A stretch of DNA of 64,000 nucleotides, taken from Octopus sinensis (lineage: Eukaryota). A program made the position numbers and the translations under genes. The DNA is taken from positions 77,004,001 to 77,068,000 of the forward strand of contig NC_043004.1 in NCBI RefSeq assembly GCF_006345805.1, written 5' to 3'. Below are positions 11,215 through 25,399 of this stretch, in pieces; positions within the stretch are counted from its first letter, which is position 1; each line of letters begins with the position of its first letter. Under the pieces are notes generated by a model. It did no database searches, was not told the DNA's origin, and saw only the letters and a list, made by a program, of their open reading frames with translations.

Positions 11215-11765
11215 CACATATATACGTGCGTGTGTGTGTATGTATGTTGTGTTACGTATGTATTTATTCGCGCGCCGTGTTCCGACATGTATTCAAGAAG
11301 GTCAATCCAAGTTCTTATCTTTAACGTTGCTTCTTCTGACATCGGTCATTTTACTGAACAATTAAGTTACGGGGCCGTAAACATACCAACGCTGGTTGCA
11401 GATATGCGCACACATGCACACACATATTTATGTACGTATTATGTGTGTGTGTGTGTGTGTGAAAGCGAGTATATATATACATATACATACATATATGCAC
11501 ATACATATACATATATATATATATATGTATATATACATACATACATATATATTTTAATATTTTAATATTTTAATATTTCTATTATATGTAATTTTCTATG
11601 TGGTGTAATTTAATTGTTCATTTTGAATTGATAAAAGGTGTTTTTTTTCTAATTTTTATATATATATATATTATATTTTGGGAAATTTGATTTAGTATTT
11701 CTAGATTGAATTTTTCCTTGTAAGTTAGGAATAATATTCCCTCAAATAATTATTATATATGTATG

Positions 11766-11815
<50 letters not shown>

Positions 11816-11999
11816 GCATGTATATGCACACACACATAATACATTAATATGTGTCTGTCTCTGCACATATGTACATCTGTACAAGCATGTATGTAAGTGT
11901 CCGGATATATATACGTATGTGTATGTATATGTATGTGTGTGTGCACATAATATATTCCTATATGTGCGTATGTTTGTGTTTGTGTTTGTCTCTCCCTTC

Positions 12000-12280
12000 T
12001 TAACAACTGTTGTTCTTGCTTTGTTTATGTCCCTGTACCATAAATCTTTGGCAAACAGAACCCGATGTAATACCTACCAAACAAATACTGAGCACCGTTT
12101 TACCAAGTTCCTTGTTGGAGTAATGCCTATGTAAAGAAATACGTTGTTTTACTGAGTTTACAATGGCTCCTATGTAAAATTTCCCAGTATTGTGTGTAAT
12201 TAGCTCACATTGATACACAACGTGAGCATTGCCTATTCAAGGCGTAATCCGCAATGTTACATCCATGTGATGGGGGCTTG
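12000..12280 (-). mobile_element. Penelope-like element GIY-YIG endonuclease fragment
   Basis: GCN..LNRQC..VVYQCELITHNTGKFYIGAIVNSVKQRISLHRH: VVY...YIG...R GIY-YIG pattern preceded by a Cys-rich linker. Confidence 0.7.
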
Positions 12281-12599
12281 AGCCAGACTGGTTGGTTGGG
12301 GGACACCAGTTCTGTAGTAGGTGGCAGGACGCATCCCTAGTATTTGCAACTTATGGTGTAAGGTCTAGATTCGCACAAATTCCGTGAATTCCTTGAAATA
12401 CCATCCCCCATATCATTACCACCCTACAGGTTCTTCTGGAGCAGGCACCGAGGTGTATGTGAGCCGAGTTGAGGTTGACTCGAATGTAAGCCTCCGAATC
12501 TACCATTTCCAATAAGTAGATCCGTGTATTATATTTATCAAGCTTCAACCTATTTGAAACAACTGTAACACTGGCCCCATTCGGTGCGGCTGAGTACGA

Positions 12600-13540
12600 A
12601 AGTTTAACGGTATACTTGTTGAAATGCCACGGTACCTAACCTACGTAGGAAAAGCTTTTTCTTGAATCTGGAAAAGAATTGTGAAGATGTTAGTTTTGAG
12701 TTAGACAAGAAGAGATGTTCATTCCAAATAACCTCTTTCTTTTCTTGTCTACCACCTGGGTGGGTCATCCTTTCATGTGAGAAGAGAGGGGACCTTGGTT
12801 TAATGCCCAAAGGAATCTGTTCCAAGCACCGGATCGTACTCCATACGCCTCTCGATTAATGTACATGGGACCATTACTGAGCCCTGTGGGCTAATTGCTA
12901 GCCTTCCTAGAAGTTAGACCGTCGCCGCGGTGAGTTGCTGCTCCATTTAACTTATGGGTCGGCTGCGGGTCCGAAGGTTATTCGACGCGTATTGAGTAAG
13001 CCAATGTTCAGCGTGTTCCCACTACAATTGCGGTCTCTCTGTACCTCTGCAGCCCTTTTGGGCAAGTTCAAGCTTAGTGTGCAGGATAAATTATAAATAT
13101 CATTAAAACCCGCTCTCTTGGAATTCTCATTTTTGTAGAAGATACATTTGATGGAAAGGTTGAAGATCATAACCGAGATATTCCTAACCAATCCGTCGAC
13201 GACATACCTGGATGATGTAAACGTAATGGGGATTCCTTTTGAGTCTGATGTACGACTAACATTGTGAATTTAGACCTAATGTAATGCTTAGAAAGTTAAT
13301 CCTCTAACTGCACTTTTTGAAAGATATGGAGAGAGAGTATTACCGAAAAAAGTGGAGACGTTTTATAGGTTTCTACATCACTGACTGGGAACATCCAGAA
13401 GTAATTAGAAAAGCGTTATCGCTATAGAGTCAACCAAACTCCTGGTTCGGAAAGTTTTCCTTCAGATAGTAGAGTATGTATAGACTTAAAAGAACAATTT
13501 GCCACATCAAACTCATCAGCCCTAGGCTGCCTAAACCTAC
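12600..13540 (-). mobile_element. L1/Tx1-like ORF2 C-terminal region, heavily degraded
   Basis: GSLGLMSL (GGLGL-like), SRGVWSTIR, KEVIWNEHLF..FFSRFKKKLFLRRLG in colinear order. Confidence 0.5.
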
Positions 13541-13651
13541 GTACACAAAATTGTTGATTTATACGCAGTGTATATCAGCAGCGTTTGCTTCAGCTGTGCG
13601 TGCGGGTGCAGGGGCGCGCGTTTGAGTGTGTTTGTGTGTGTGTGTGTGTGT

Positions 13652-13691
<40 letters not shown>

Positions 13692-13704
13692 TGTGTGTGT
13701 GTGC

Positions 13705-15484
13705 TAATACGTGTGCAGACACGCTCCTCCAACATCCCATTTCTCGCGAGATGCCCCTCAGCGTCGCCAGCTTCCACAGTAATGGCCCTAGAGTCAATAC
13801 ATGCAAGCGTGACTAGAGGGAACAACCTTGACGGACCGAACGTGTGATGGTCTGGTTAGATGATCATTTACGCGAACTACCGAGCGGATGCCGCTGTATA
13901 AAGCAGCGATCCAACCGCGTAAGACGGGACCAAAACCAGCCGCCCTAAGGACAGCCTTCAAGTAACGATAGTAGACCGTATCGAAAGCTTTCGATTGCTC
14001 CAAATTGATCTGCGTATCACCCATGCCAGGTTCCTTAACTACCCTGTCTATGGTGGTTGTCATGGATACTACTGCCCGGCACGGCGCATGTTTGTGCCTT
14101 GTCAACCAGTTTCTCGATGACAAGCGCTGACCTCTCGTCTAGCACCTTGGCCAAAATGTTCAAATCTGCGTTGAGCAGAGTGATAGGCCAGAAATTATCT
14201 ATAACGTCCCCCTTGTTTAGGTTTTTCTTTTGCGGTGTCAGCGCTCCTCGGCTCACAAAGCTGGGGGTACTCCCGTTTTGCTACCAGTTGCAGTAGGCCG
14301 TTGCCAAGACTTCTCCAAACAGAGTTTGGCATATGACAATAAAGCTCGTAGGACAGACCATCCAAGCCCGGCGACTTGTCGCTCACGCAGCCTGCCATCG
14401 CGTTCCGTACATCCACGGCTGTGATGGGTCTTTCACAACACTCTGCCTCTTTTGCTGAGAGTCGTGGTAAGCTATGCAGGTAGGCAATAAAGTCCACCCT
14501 GCGTTCCGACCCGCCAGTCGTCCCGAACAGTAGGGAGAGTGCTACTGAAAGGTTTCACACATCCCTTCGGGCAAAAGTAATTCGCGCCCCTGCTCATCCA
14601 TCAGAGAGCGAATGGTGGATTCGTTGCCACGTCGCACCTTCGCCACCCGGGTTTCTTAGGCGACTGCAATTTCTTCGTTTCTCAGAGTACGCATCCTAGC
14701 TCTGACAACGCAACCTTCGTGTTTGGCGTTGAAGTGTTGATCAAGGGCCAACCTCGCCGCTAGCACGTTGGACGCGATGCCAGTTCAAAGTGACTCTTCT
14801 AATTTCTTAACTAAAGTCTCTCTCTATTCTATTTCGGTCTGTCGCTAAAGCCTTGTTGATTCTGCTTTAATTGACCTTTTTAGGGCAAACCATTTGTAGT
14901 TGACGATGGCCCCCGTCAACGCCCTATTAACTAATGAGCTAATTCTGCTGTTGGTTGTGTTGATTGGTTGGGTTGGTTTAGTTGGTTTGTTGTTTTGTGG
15001 AGCTGTTTCATCTTTTCGTGGAGCTCTTTCAATTTTTGTGTTGATGGCGGTGTGGGTAACAGTGCTGGTTTTCGGGTAGTGTTTTCTTTCTGTTGTTGCT
15101 GTTTTTGTTGTTGTTTGTGTTGTTGCTGCTGTTGCTCTTTCAATATTGTGCAGTCAATTTTAAAATGGTTTTTGCTTCAACAAAGGTGAGAGCGTGGTCA
15201 TCCGCCTTCAAGGGTCACATGTAAGGTGGTACCGTCCAGCAGTTTTATAAGATCTGGAACATTTTCTTTCATCTCTTGATTGGATTGAGCCAAGAGTTAG
15301 AACGCTTGGCCTATCCGGTTGTGTTGTTCGAGGACGGCAATTTCCAAGATATTAATAACTTACTCGAAATTGTAACAGATGGCTGACACCAGCCATCGGG
15401 CTTCAATTTCAGGGGGCACATCTTTAATTTTTATTTTTGTAACCCTGCGGCCTAGCTACGTAGGAATCATTACTATTTCATCGA
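13705..15484 (-). mobile_element. Tx1-clade LINE, internally deleted (ORF1 3' part joined to post-endonuclease ORF2/RT, truncated at the YADD position)
   Basis: ORF1: LGRRVTKIKIKDVPPEIEARWLVSAI..GTTLHVTLEG..HLC*SKNHFKIDC. ORF2: KSPGLDGLSYELY, DNFWPITLLNADLNILAKVL, QTCAVPGSSIHDN, SKAFD, RSVRQGC..RSVSAH. Confidence 0.85.
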
Positions 15485-15542
15485 TAGATAGATAGTCTTC
15501 GTCTTTTGTCTTTCTATAAATTTCAACTATATATAATATATA

Positions 15543-15607
<65 letters not shown>

Positions 15608-15639
15608 ATAGATAGATAGATAGATAGATAGATAGATGG

Positions 15640-15860
15640 ACAAAACACACACACGTCTGTGTACGTATGTGCGTGTCTTTGTGATTGTCCTTCACCACTG
15701 CTTGACAACCGGTGTTGGTTTGTTTACGCCCCCCGTAAATTAATGGTTCGGTGAAAGAGACAGTTAGAATAAGCACAGGCGTCCATTCACTCAATTGAAA
15801 CCCTTCGAGACAGTGCCCCAGCATGGCTGCTGTCCAATGACTGGAACAAGTAAAAGAGTA
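15640..15860 (+). mobile_element. SINE-A 3' half
   Basis: Body and AACAAGTAAAAGAGTA tail. Confidence 0.75.
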
Positions 15861-16829
15861 TCTGAGGAAAGTCTTTGTGATTCTGGAAGTTAAGAATAAA
15901 ACTTAAGTCTAAAGTAACAAGTTGTTTTAAATATTTTTACCATAGAAACAAGTGTCTTTTGGTTCATAATGAAATTGTACAGTGAACCAGAAACGAGGAA
16001 AATGGCGCAATTAATATAAATTACTTTGTTTAGACTTGGTGACGCTTTTTCTTTTATATATATATATATTGGATTGCATTAGAGTTCAGGGATGTAATAT
16101 AATTGTCTGAAACAAATTCCGTAAAGTTAGAATTTGGTATATCAGATTTTTAAAGTTTAAATGTAAATTATTGACTAAGTTTTAGCATTATTGAATGAGG
16201 GATACATATGCTTTCACGAGGATGCACTTGTTTCAACATCCATGACAAGAAATGCTATGGAAGTGACCGAAGTTGCCAGAAGAAGCCGAAGCAGATAGCA
16301 TGGTATAAGAATCGGAAAAACATCGAACAAGTTCAAGAAGTCCGAAATGTTCACACAGAATGCCAGTAAAGCATCGAAGACAAAAATTTCAAAAAAGAAA
16401 TTATGCAATTTAAATTTTTGAACATGTGAAACTTGTTTGATTTTAGATAAACGTTATCTAAAAAGAACATTATAATAAAAATCCAATGAAATGAAGCAAG
16501 TCTCATCCAATATTTTGATGAAGTGTAGCCAATTTCACTGGAGCATGAAGCTACTGAAGATAAAAGATTACCCTCCTTATTTGGAAAAAAAGTAGTAGAT
16601 TTTATTTAACCAGTGATGTTAACCTTTATCCTCAACAAGGAAGAAAGTTAGTTTCTTCTTAATGTATTATATTTGACTTGATTCTAAGCCTTAAAACATA
16701 AATAATGAGAAACAGCTGTCCGGAGAACTATTCTTATATTTCAGCTACAAATTCAGAAGACTTTAGTCAAAACTTCACTATCTTCACCAATCTCTGATCG
16801 CATGTAAACACGTTATATCTCTATCTCTA

Positions 16830-17200
16830 TCAGTTCTCTGTATATCAAGGCTACGCCTTGATTTGAAGGACGTGGTTTCAGGTTCATTACCATTGTGTGG
16901 CACCTTGGGAAAGAATTTTGTACCTATAACCACGGGATAACAAATGCCCTGTGAGTGGTTTTGATAAACGGAAACTATGTAGAGACCTGTTCCATATGTA
17001 TTTATGTTTGCGTTTGTGTCTGTGTTTATTCCCACTACCACCACTGCTTAACAAACACCGTTGCTTTGTTTGTATCCCTGTAACTTAGCGATTTGACAAA
17101 AGATCGATACAACAACTACCAGACTTAAAAAATAAGCTCTAGTGTCGATCTGATAGACTAAACTCTTCAAGGCAGTCCCATGAGTGAAAGAAGTAAAAGA
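16830..17200 (+). mobile_element. SINE-A, diverged
   Basis: GGTTTCAGGTTCATTACCATTGTGTGGCACCTTGGG.. through the tail AGTAAAAGATA. Confidence 0.65.
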
Positions 17201-17504
17201 TACCATATACCAACAATATTTCTGTCGTTTGCGCTTTCAGTTCTATAATACAACACTTACTCCCTCGCACACTCACCTGTTACTCCCACTTTCTCTATGT
17301 GCTGGCTATCTAGCTCTTTTCATTACAAATTGACTGTTGGTTGAAATTTCTAATGACACGGTAATTTGCTGAAACTGAAAAGTAAAATAAATTCTTAGGA
17401 AATATGTATAAATTTTAAATATAAACCGTTCCACGTACGCAATTACCGTAGCTTTAATTTGCTTTATTTTATACGTGCATATTTCAAGTGAATTAACTTG
17501 GTAA

Positions 17505-17727
17505 TTTTATTCATGGGCACCTGCGTGGTAAGAAGTTTGCTTCCCAACCACAGACTTCAGAGTTCAGCTTCATTGTGTGGTGTCTTGGACGAGTAAATGT
17601 CTTTTATTATAACCTTGGACCGAACAAAGTTTTGTGAATAGATTTGGAAGGTGGAAAATTAAAGAAACTTGTCGTGTATATTTGTTTATACACCTGTCTT
17701 CGTCTTTTGTTCTTCTGTAAATTTCAG

Positions 17728-17780
<53 letters not shown>

Positions 17781-17950
17781 CATACATGTCTATGCACGTG
17801 TGTGTGTACCTTTGTGATTGTCTTCTACCACCGCTTGGCAGCCAGTGCTGGTTTGTTTACGTCTTCGTAACTTAATGTTTCGGCAAAAGAGACGAATAGA
17901 AATGCGCGCAGGCGTCCATCCGCTCGGTTAAAACCCTTCAAGGCAGTGCT
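17505..17950 (+). mobile_element. SINE-A, diverged, with internal microsatellite
   Basis: GTGGTAAGAAGTTTGCTTCCCAACCAC head, and a body similar to other copies. Confidence 0.65.
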
Positions 17951-18537
17951 TTGTTGAAGATAATTGAGTTAAAATTTTATCTCCAACTCCCCTAGATCCA
18001 TTTGCTAATTCACTTTCGCCGTCTCCCACTTCCTTCCCAGTCTCTCCCCCTCTCTCTGTCAATCTCTATTTCTTCTGCTAAAACATACACCTACGCACAC
18101 AATCGGCCGCAAGAGTGAAATCGCAATGGTACTTAAAATGACAGCTTATCATTCAATTTCTTTCTCCCTCTCTTTTCCCCCCTCTCTCATTTTCTCTCTC
18201 TTCCTTGTTCCTTCTCCGTTACGAACGGTCCAACGGAAACCCAACAAACAATGGCTTTTATATAGTTTTGTAAAGTGAAACAGTAGATGTGCGGAAAAAG
18301 GAAAGACTAGTAGGAACGCAGGAGCTGTATTGAAATAGGTGAAGGGTAAAATTAAAGCAGTTATTTAATGGAGAGTTTAGAAACACGAACAAGATGAAGA
18401 GTAAATTTATATTTTATTATAAACAATATTTATACAAAAACGACAATTCAAAACAGAATGATGTGGAAGTATACACGTAATACACACACACATAAAAATA
18501 TGTATGCGCATGTATACATATGTATGTGTTTGATATA

Positions 18538-20020
18538 CAGGCATAGCTCGGCCTAAATCGTTTCGATTTAAGTCGCTCTCGATTATGCGTCAGTTTTCAA
18601 AAATAATATATGGACAAATAAAAATCAAGATAAGTCATTTTACTCGACTTTACGTCTGTCTGCCACAAATACTGGAATCGTAAAATCACTAGAAAACCGT
18701 TAAAAGCACAAAAATTCATGTTACTGTACAATAAATAAGAATAAACGCAAATAAAATCATATTAAAATAAGCACAGTAAATGTTAAGATAACACATCATA
18801 GAGTAGTGTAGCTTAGTGAACGAAATCCTGAAATCAACTGTGTTCTCTTATCGGTCTTTCGGAGCTCATATTGCACTGTAGTTCCAATATCTACCGTGAG
18901 GCATCGTTGTCCCTCGTGATTCCCGCGATTGTTTTCAATTCAGATTTGCTTGTCTGTTTATTGGCCAATTTCTAATTCTCATTTATTTGTGACTTTATTT
19001 TTTGCTCCCATGGCTCCTAAGAAAATTCATAGTGGAAGTACTAAGCGTTATACGCTGGAAGATAAACTGGCTGCGATAAAACGCCACGAAAAAGGTGAAA
19101 AAGTGGTAGTAATTGCACGATCTTTTGGGATGAGTCGGACAGCTGTATCAACGATTGTACATAATAAGATCGCGATTTTAGCACATGGTGACTACGACCA
19201 AAGAACTGGAAATGAATTTGGAGGAAGAGCATTTCACAGATTTATTTGAAAAAAAATAAGCAGCCTCTGGCAAATGAGGATTTGATAGAGCTTCACGAGT
19301 AGGAAAATAAAGAAGTTGCAAACCTGCGCCACATGACTTTACCATGAAGAAAATGCAGCAAGCATTTGCATATATCGAAAAAGGTCTATGTTCGAGGATA
19401 TGGATCAAAATGCCCAACGCTTTCCCAAGATTATGGGGGTTTGTCGCAAAGCTTTTGCTTCTTGTATTGTAATCTTGAGGAAAAGAAGACAGTTCAAGGA
19501 ACTCTCAACAGATTTTTAAGTGCATCGAACAACAAGAACAAAGGCACTGTTGATGTTGACGATCCACAGTCATCTACATCTGCGATGTAAACCACCAAAT
19601 TGTATGTACGTAAATTTAAAATAATTTAGTTTCTTTACTATTGCAAAATAACAATAATTACTGAATTTGTTTTTTAAGCTTAAAAAAGGATTTTATTTTA
19701 CCATTGCAAACCGCATTCATAAATAAAGTGTTTGTGATGTATGGTAAACACCGCCAAATTATTTTCCTAAGTTTAGATTACCTTTTTTTACTGTACTGTA
19801 TTAAAAAATAAAAATTATTCGCTTGTAAGCTTAAAATAGGCTTTTATTAACCATGTATTATTGAAAATGCATTCATAAATAAAGTACAGAACTGGGAATG
19901 GTTATTATCGGTTTAGCCTAGAGACAAGTAAATTCGGCAGAGGCTAGCCAAGATACAAGCTAATTCGACTTAAGTCATGTCTCCTGGAATCAGTTAACAA
20001 CGTAGAGTGAGATATGCCTG
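18538..20020 (+). mobile_element. Tigger/pogo-family DNA transposon, internal deletion derivative
   Basis: Termini CAGGCATAGCTC / GAGATATGCCTG (Tigger-like TIR), with a TA flank on the left. Contains transposase N- and C-terminal remnants. Confidence 0.85.
19010..19590 (+). pseudogene. Tigger transposase remnant: CENP-B-type HTH joined to the C-terminal region, DDE core deleted
   Basis: MAPKKIHSGSTKRYTLEDKLAAIKRHEKGEKVVVIARSFGMSRTAVSTIVHNK, then LANEDLIEL, QQAFAYIEKGL, EKKTVQGTLNRFL in shifted frames. Confidence 0.8.
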
Positions 20021-20499
20021 CATGTGTATGCCTGCATGTAATCATTATTGGTAGAAAGTTTTATTGTTGGCTTCAAATTTCCGTACATATATATGTGTGT
20101 ACGTTTATGTATCCTGGAGTAAATATTTGTGTACATGCGTTTGGATATTTGTACAATGATTCCCTGTAACTAACATCGCCACCCCGACTGATATTTGTTT
20201 TTCGTATCTGCTCCTGATTCTTTTATTTTCGCTTCTCTGTAACTGTTATTTCGCTACCAGCACGCATTATCTCTACCGCCTTCAGTTTTGTCTCAACTTC
20301 CTCTGCTTCCCCATCAAATCTTACTTTATATCCTTTAACACCAGTTGATATTTCGTCTCTATATGATGAACGTCGTCTGTCCGAATCGTTAAATTGCTTT
20401 TCCACTTCCATTTCACCACATAAAACTTATTCCATGTGAACAATTTGTATAACATTTTTGCCCTTGGATCCTACTGTCTTATTATATATAAATTACGCA

Positions 20500-20700
20500 C
20501 ATGACGGGAATAAAACATTAAAAACATGATAAAACCTTAAAAGACATAAAAGAAGGAACAAAATCCCTAAACCACCCTCTAAATGCGGACGTGGTAATTT
20601 AGCTTCCTTCAACAACACAGAACGCATATTACGCTTATCGGAGAAATGTGATATTATATTCCACGTAATCATTAGTAACTCACTACTAAAGTTGTCACAT
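20500..20700 (-). mobile_element. L1/Tx1 ORF2 small fragment
   Basis: KEAKLPRPHLEGGLGI motif in ORF-track 20493-20723. Confidence 0.45.
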
Positions 20701-20938
20701 CCTTTACATATGTTGACACTCACAAGCTCTAGTAAGGTATTGTGATGATGTCATACCTATAATAGAAAAAAAATTCTAACAGTTAAGTCTTTTCTTTAGG
20801 AACAGATACTTTTTCAGTTCTGAAACAGCTGCTGACTCTCTACACATGGTGGATAAGCACCTCTACAATGGAATATTCCATCTACTTCTGATTAACAAAC
20901 CTTCACTCTCCAGCATCCTGCAACTGCCCGTTGCATAC

Positions 20939-20978
<40 letters not shown>

Positions 20979-21210
20979 TTTCTCCCTCTCTACCAGTATG
21001 ACTCCTACCTCACTAAACCAGAGAGCAATGCATCACTCAATTTCCCTTGTTCCGCCTCTTCAGTATAACAAGAGATTTGTAGAAATAAACCAAATAAACA
21101 TAATCCTTTCGTACGCCCCACCATTCACTGACCACGGTGTTTTCTCCCAGGCATCATGACATCAGTCTATAATTATTTAAATTCAACATCAATTACATTA
21201 CCTTAACTAG

Positions 21211-21241
21211 TGTGGGATATCCTGTAAATAACATTACCATG
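21211..21241 (+). CDS. Candidate 31-bp exon (x-VGYPVNNITM)
   Basis: CCTTAACTAG acceptor, ATG|GTGAGT consensus donor, single open frame. Confidence 0.2.
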
Positions 21242-21269
21242 GTGAGTTTCCCGATATGCAAACATATCG

Positions 21270-21604
21270 TTTATCTTTTTCAGTTATTAGAGTGCGCCCA
21301 ATCTGGGGTACGGCCTTGAAGAACTTTTAGTCAAATGAATCGACCCCAGTACTTTATAGTTGAAGCCTGGCACTTATTCTATCAATTCTCTTTCAAAAGA
21401 AATATTTTCAAAAAAATGCATTTTTCAAGGAGAGGTGCGAAACTGCATTCAGTCTCCGTCTACCAAATTCACTCACAAGGCTTTGGTCAGTGTGATGTTA
21501 TAGTGCAAGACACTTGCCCGAGGTGCCATGTAGTAGGAATGAACCTGGAACCCGGAATCATGTAGTTACAACGCAAGCTTGTAACCACACAGCCATACCT
21601 GCGT
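21270..21604 (-). mobile_element. SINE-A, internally deleted
   Basis: Head (CACACAGCCATACCTGCG on +) and part of the tail are recognisable. Confidence 0.7.
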
Positions 21605-21639
21605 CTGTATATTTGATAAATAGATAAGCATCGTATAGA

Positions 21640-21975
21640 AGCACCATCTGGGAATGTTCACCAGCCCTCTTTCACACGCACATACATACTCTCTTATACA
21701 CACACGCACCTTCATGTTGGGGGTCATCATTACTTTGTTATCTCCCCTACTTTCCCTCTCATGTGTGACCCTTCTGTCTGAGTCAGTCGCAATGATAGAT
21801 CGTTAGCCACTACACACATATTTTCTCTCCTTGTTTTTTCTGTGTCCCTTTCTGTAGAAGAGCGTAGGCTCGAAACTTAAAAGACTTTTTCTATTCCTGA
21901 GCGTTATACTAATACATCTGTTTGTTTTGTACACCACCTGTCTTCGTCTTTTGTTTTTTTTTTTCGTAAACTCTC
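21640..21975 (+). mobile_element. Probable PLE-associated terminal repeat segment
   Basis: Contains GAAGAGCGTAGGCTCGAAAC, resembling PLE terminal motifs. Its end CACCTGTCTTCGTCTTTTGT recurs at about 17690, and a shorter GTCTTCGTCTTTTGT at about 15495. Confidence 0.4.
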
Positions 21976-22649
21976 CTTATGGTCGATAGCTTGACATCCT
22001 ATTCATTGGGATATTTATCTTCTGTTGCCTCATTCCATAAATCTGTAGCTCAGTACTGGCTCACTGGGTGGCTTTTATAATGGTCATTTCACGTTGACAG
22101 GTTTACTGATTTAACATATCAATACAAATATAATATAGGCTACTTATTTACGAAATATATATATTTTTCTTATTTCCTTTTTTTGTACACGCTTGTAATG
22201 TCCGAAATACCAGAAATTTAAACGTAAAATTTCTGCAAAAAAATATTCTACAAGTAATGTTTTGCAGAAAGCCGAATTATAATCTAAATATAGCAACTTT
22301 ATTTCTTAAACTTCATCTACGTGGAAATATCTTTTTCTTACTCAGACTATTTACAACGTCTCCGTGATAAGAACTAGAATTTGATTCCTGTCAGATAATT
22401 AAATGATAAATTCTGGTGTTTTTGTCGGTTTAACTCAGATTTTCATGACAGATGTGAAACATACAAAATAAACACGGACGATTATGGAGCTCTCATCACA
22501 AAATAGGATTTTCGTCTGTTTGTTGGTTTTATTCATTTATATATTTTAGTATATTTCAAATGTAGCTTCCATGACAGTCATATTACCTTAGAAAATATAC
22601 ACTCCATTACTTTTCCAGATAGGCAAAAATGCAAATATGTTTTATTGTT

Positions 22650-22820
22650 GTTGTTGTTGTTGTTTTTGTTCTTCTTCTTCTCCTCCTCCTTCTTCTTCTT
22701 CTTCTTCTTCTTCTTCTTCTTCTTCTTCTTCTTCTTCTTCTTCTTCTTCTTCTTCTTCTTCTTCTTCTTCTTCTTCTTCTTCTTGCTGCTGCTGTTGCTG
22801 CCGTTGTTGTTGTTGTTGTT
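22650..22820. repeat. (TTG)n-(TTC)n-(CTG)n compound trinucleotide microsatellite
   Basis: About 35 near-perfect TTC units, directly visible. Confidence 0.95.
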
Positions 22821-23597
22821 TCATGGTATCATATTTGTCTTTGTGACTTACATGAAGTGAAATTGTTATAATTATGAACAAAAATCAAATATTCAGCTCA
22901 CCGAAAACTTTAATAAAAGAATGTCATTGATAGCAATGCAAAGTTGGATAAATAAGTATTTTTTTCTGAAATGATAGAGATTAAATCAAGTTAAATAGGA
23001 ACAGCCTGCAGTACTTTCCGAAGCTTGTTCGTGAATTCTTTTTTTTTTTCCTATGTGGATTGCAGATAAAGACACTTAAAAGAACGTTAGATGCATTGAT
23101 ACACACTCTTTTGTAGAAAGGTCATTTAATCTAGCATTCCTGTGTTGTATCAATCCATTGGCTGTTATATATTTTGGTTTCTTTTTACAAGGCACAAAGA
23201 TTATGCATTTCAATTGAGACAGAACGTGTGAAATTGTGACGTTCATATCTCTTCAATGAATCTATCTGTGCGAAGGAAGAAAATCAAGAAGTGAAACTGG
23301 TTACAAAACCCGGATCACTTAGTTGTTATCTTTTACAAACAAATACTCCGTGCAGATTGAAATCATAGTAACGTTTTCGATGTTATTCTATAGTATTTAA
23401 TGCGATGAAATATTGATATTAATCTTGATTAGGCTCAAAGTAATTAGTTCCTCTCTGCGTATGAAACTGAATCTCATAATCTATTGGTCGGTTTGAGCAC
23501 TACTTGAATATTTTACTTTAATATGATAAATCTACTTCAGATCTACTTAATAGGGGTTATTTCTTTCTTTCATTCTCCCTCCCTCTGTCTCTCTCTT

Positions 23598-24124
<527 letters not shown>

Positions 24125-25399
24125 CTATACGCCTATATATATATATATATATATATTTCTCCCTTGCACACACAAACACGCACACACACACTTAGATATA
24201 TACATGTACCAGGATTTGGCGCATATTTATGTTAGGTAGACTAAACCCAGCAAGAACAAAGGGTTCTGGCCGTGGTGTTATCGCATGGACTATAATTTTT
24301 ACAATTAGCTTGCCGACATTTCATCAACTTGATCAGATGAGGCTTCTAAATATATCACTGATACTTGTTTTATCGATCCTCCAGTGAAATTTGAATGCTG
24401 GTTTGTGTGGTACGGTACTGGTCCAGTTCACTGGTTTATAGTCTCTGTGATTTTAATATATCTTTGGTATCAATCAATATCTCTATAACAAATAGCAATC
24501 TTCCAACAAACTGAAGTTGTGTCGAAGCAATGGTGCATCATTTACACCATCAATGCCCTTCCCATTTTCTAAAAATGTTTTATCAATTTCATAAAGCTGA
24601 AGATTAGCAAAAATGCTAGATAAAACATAGAGTTTCGTCCGTTTATATTCCGAAATAGACAAAATTACATAATGGTCGTTTTACTCTTTATCACTTCATG
24701 GCGGACCCAATGAGTATAGCCCTTCCTTTCGAAACCATAATTTTATGTCTGCTAAAAACGTATAAATCGAATTTAAGAGAAATTAGTAATTTGATGCTTG
24801 GATATTCCAGATGTGATCAATAGAATTCATATCTAAACTGTAACTATGGTAATGTATCAGCTCGGTGCTGAAAAGTGACGAAACATTCAAGGCCAAGAAT
24901 TATTGACGGAGGTGATTGATATCGATTACTGATTATTTATACTCCGGTCGCAAAAAAGATTTATTTTTAAATTTTGATAGTAACAGGTCGAATTGCAGAT
25001 AAAGGAGGGCCTGTCAATAACATCTGTTATGGACTGAAAGAAAGGTAATAAAAATTGAGCCTAAAGACAGGTGACACAAAATAAAGTCCAATGACCAAGT
25101 GTTCGGTAATGTGACACTTATTGATATGCGGTAGCGCAAGAATTAAGCTTATGGAGTCGATTCTGTTATACGTTATTTATTCCCATTTAAGGTCATTCCA
25201 CTTAGTCGTACACTGATGCATAGTTTTTGTACTTCAAATGATTTATTGAAATAGTTCAGTACATTACTGGTATTTCTTTCAACTTCTGAGAGAAGGAAAA
25301 TATCATAAACCCAGAACCGAATGATAAACTGAAATATTTCAAAAGCATTTAATCGGGAGTTCTACCGTTTTTTTTCTTGTTCTTTTTTCCCTTTTAACC

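Noticed and set aside
7081-11565. Numerous ORFs rich in Y/I/C/V/M/H/T (also about 39237-40131, 42300-45279, 53087-54725, 58212-58536)
   Set aside because: They are translations of (TA)n, (CA)n and (TATG)n microsatellites, which lack stops in several frames.
15990-16630. Possible Tc1-like MITE
   Set aside because: I could not pair the termini or identify transposase motifs.
22629-22881. Poly-E/poly-L/poly-S/poly-F ORFs
   Set aside because: A pure (TTC)n tract open in most frames on both strands, with no flanking coding signal.
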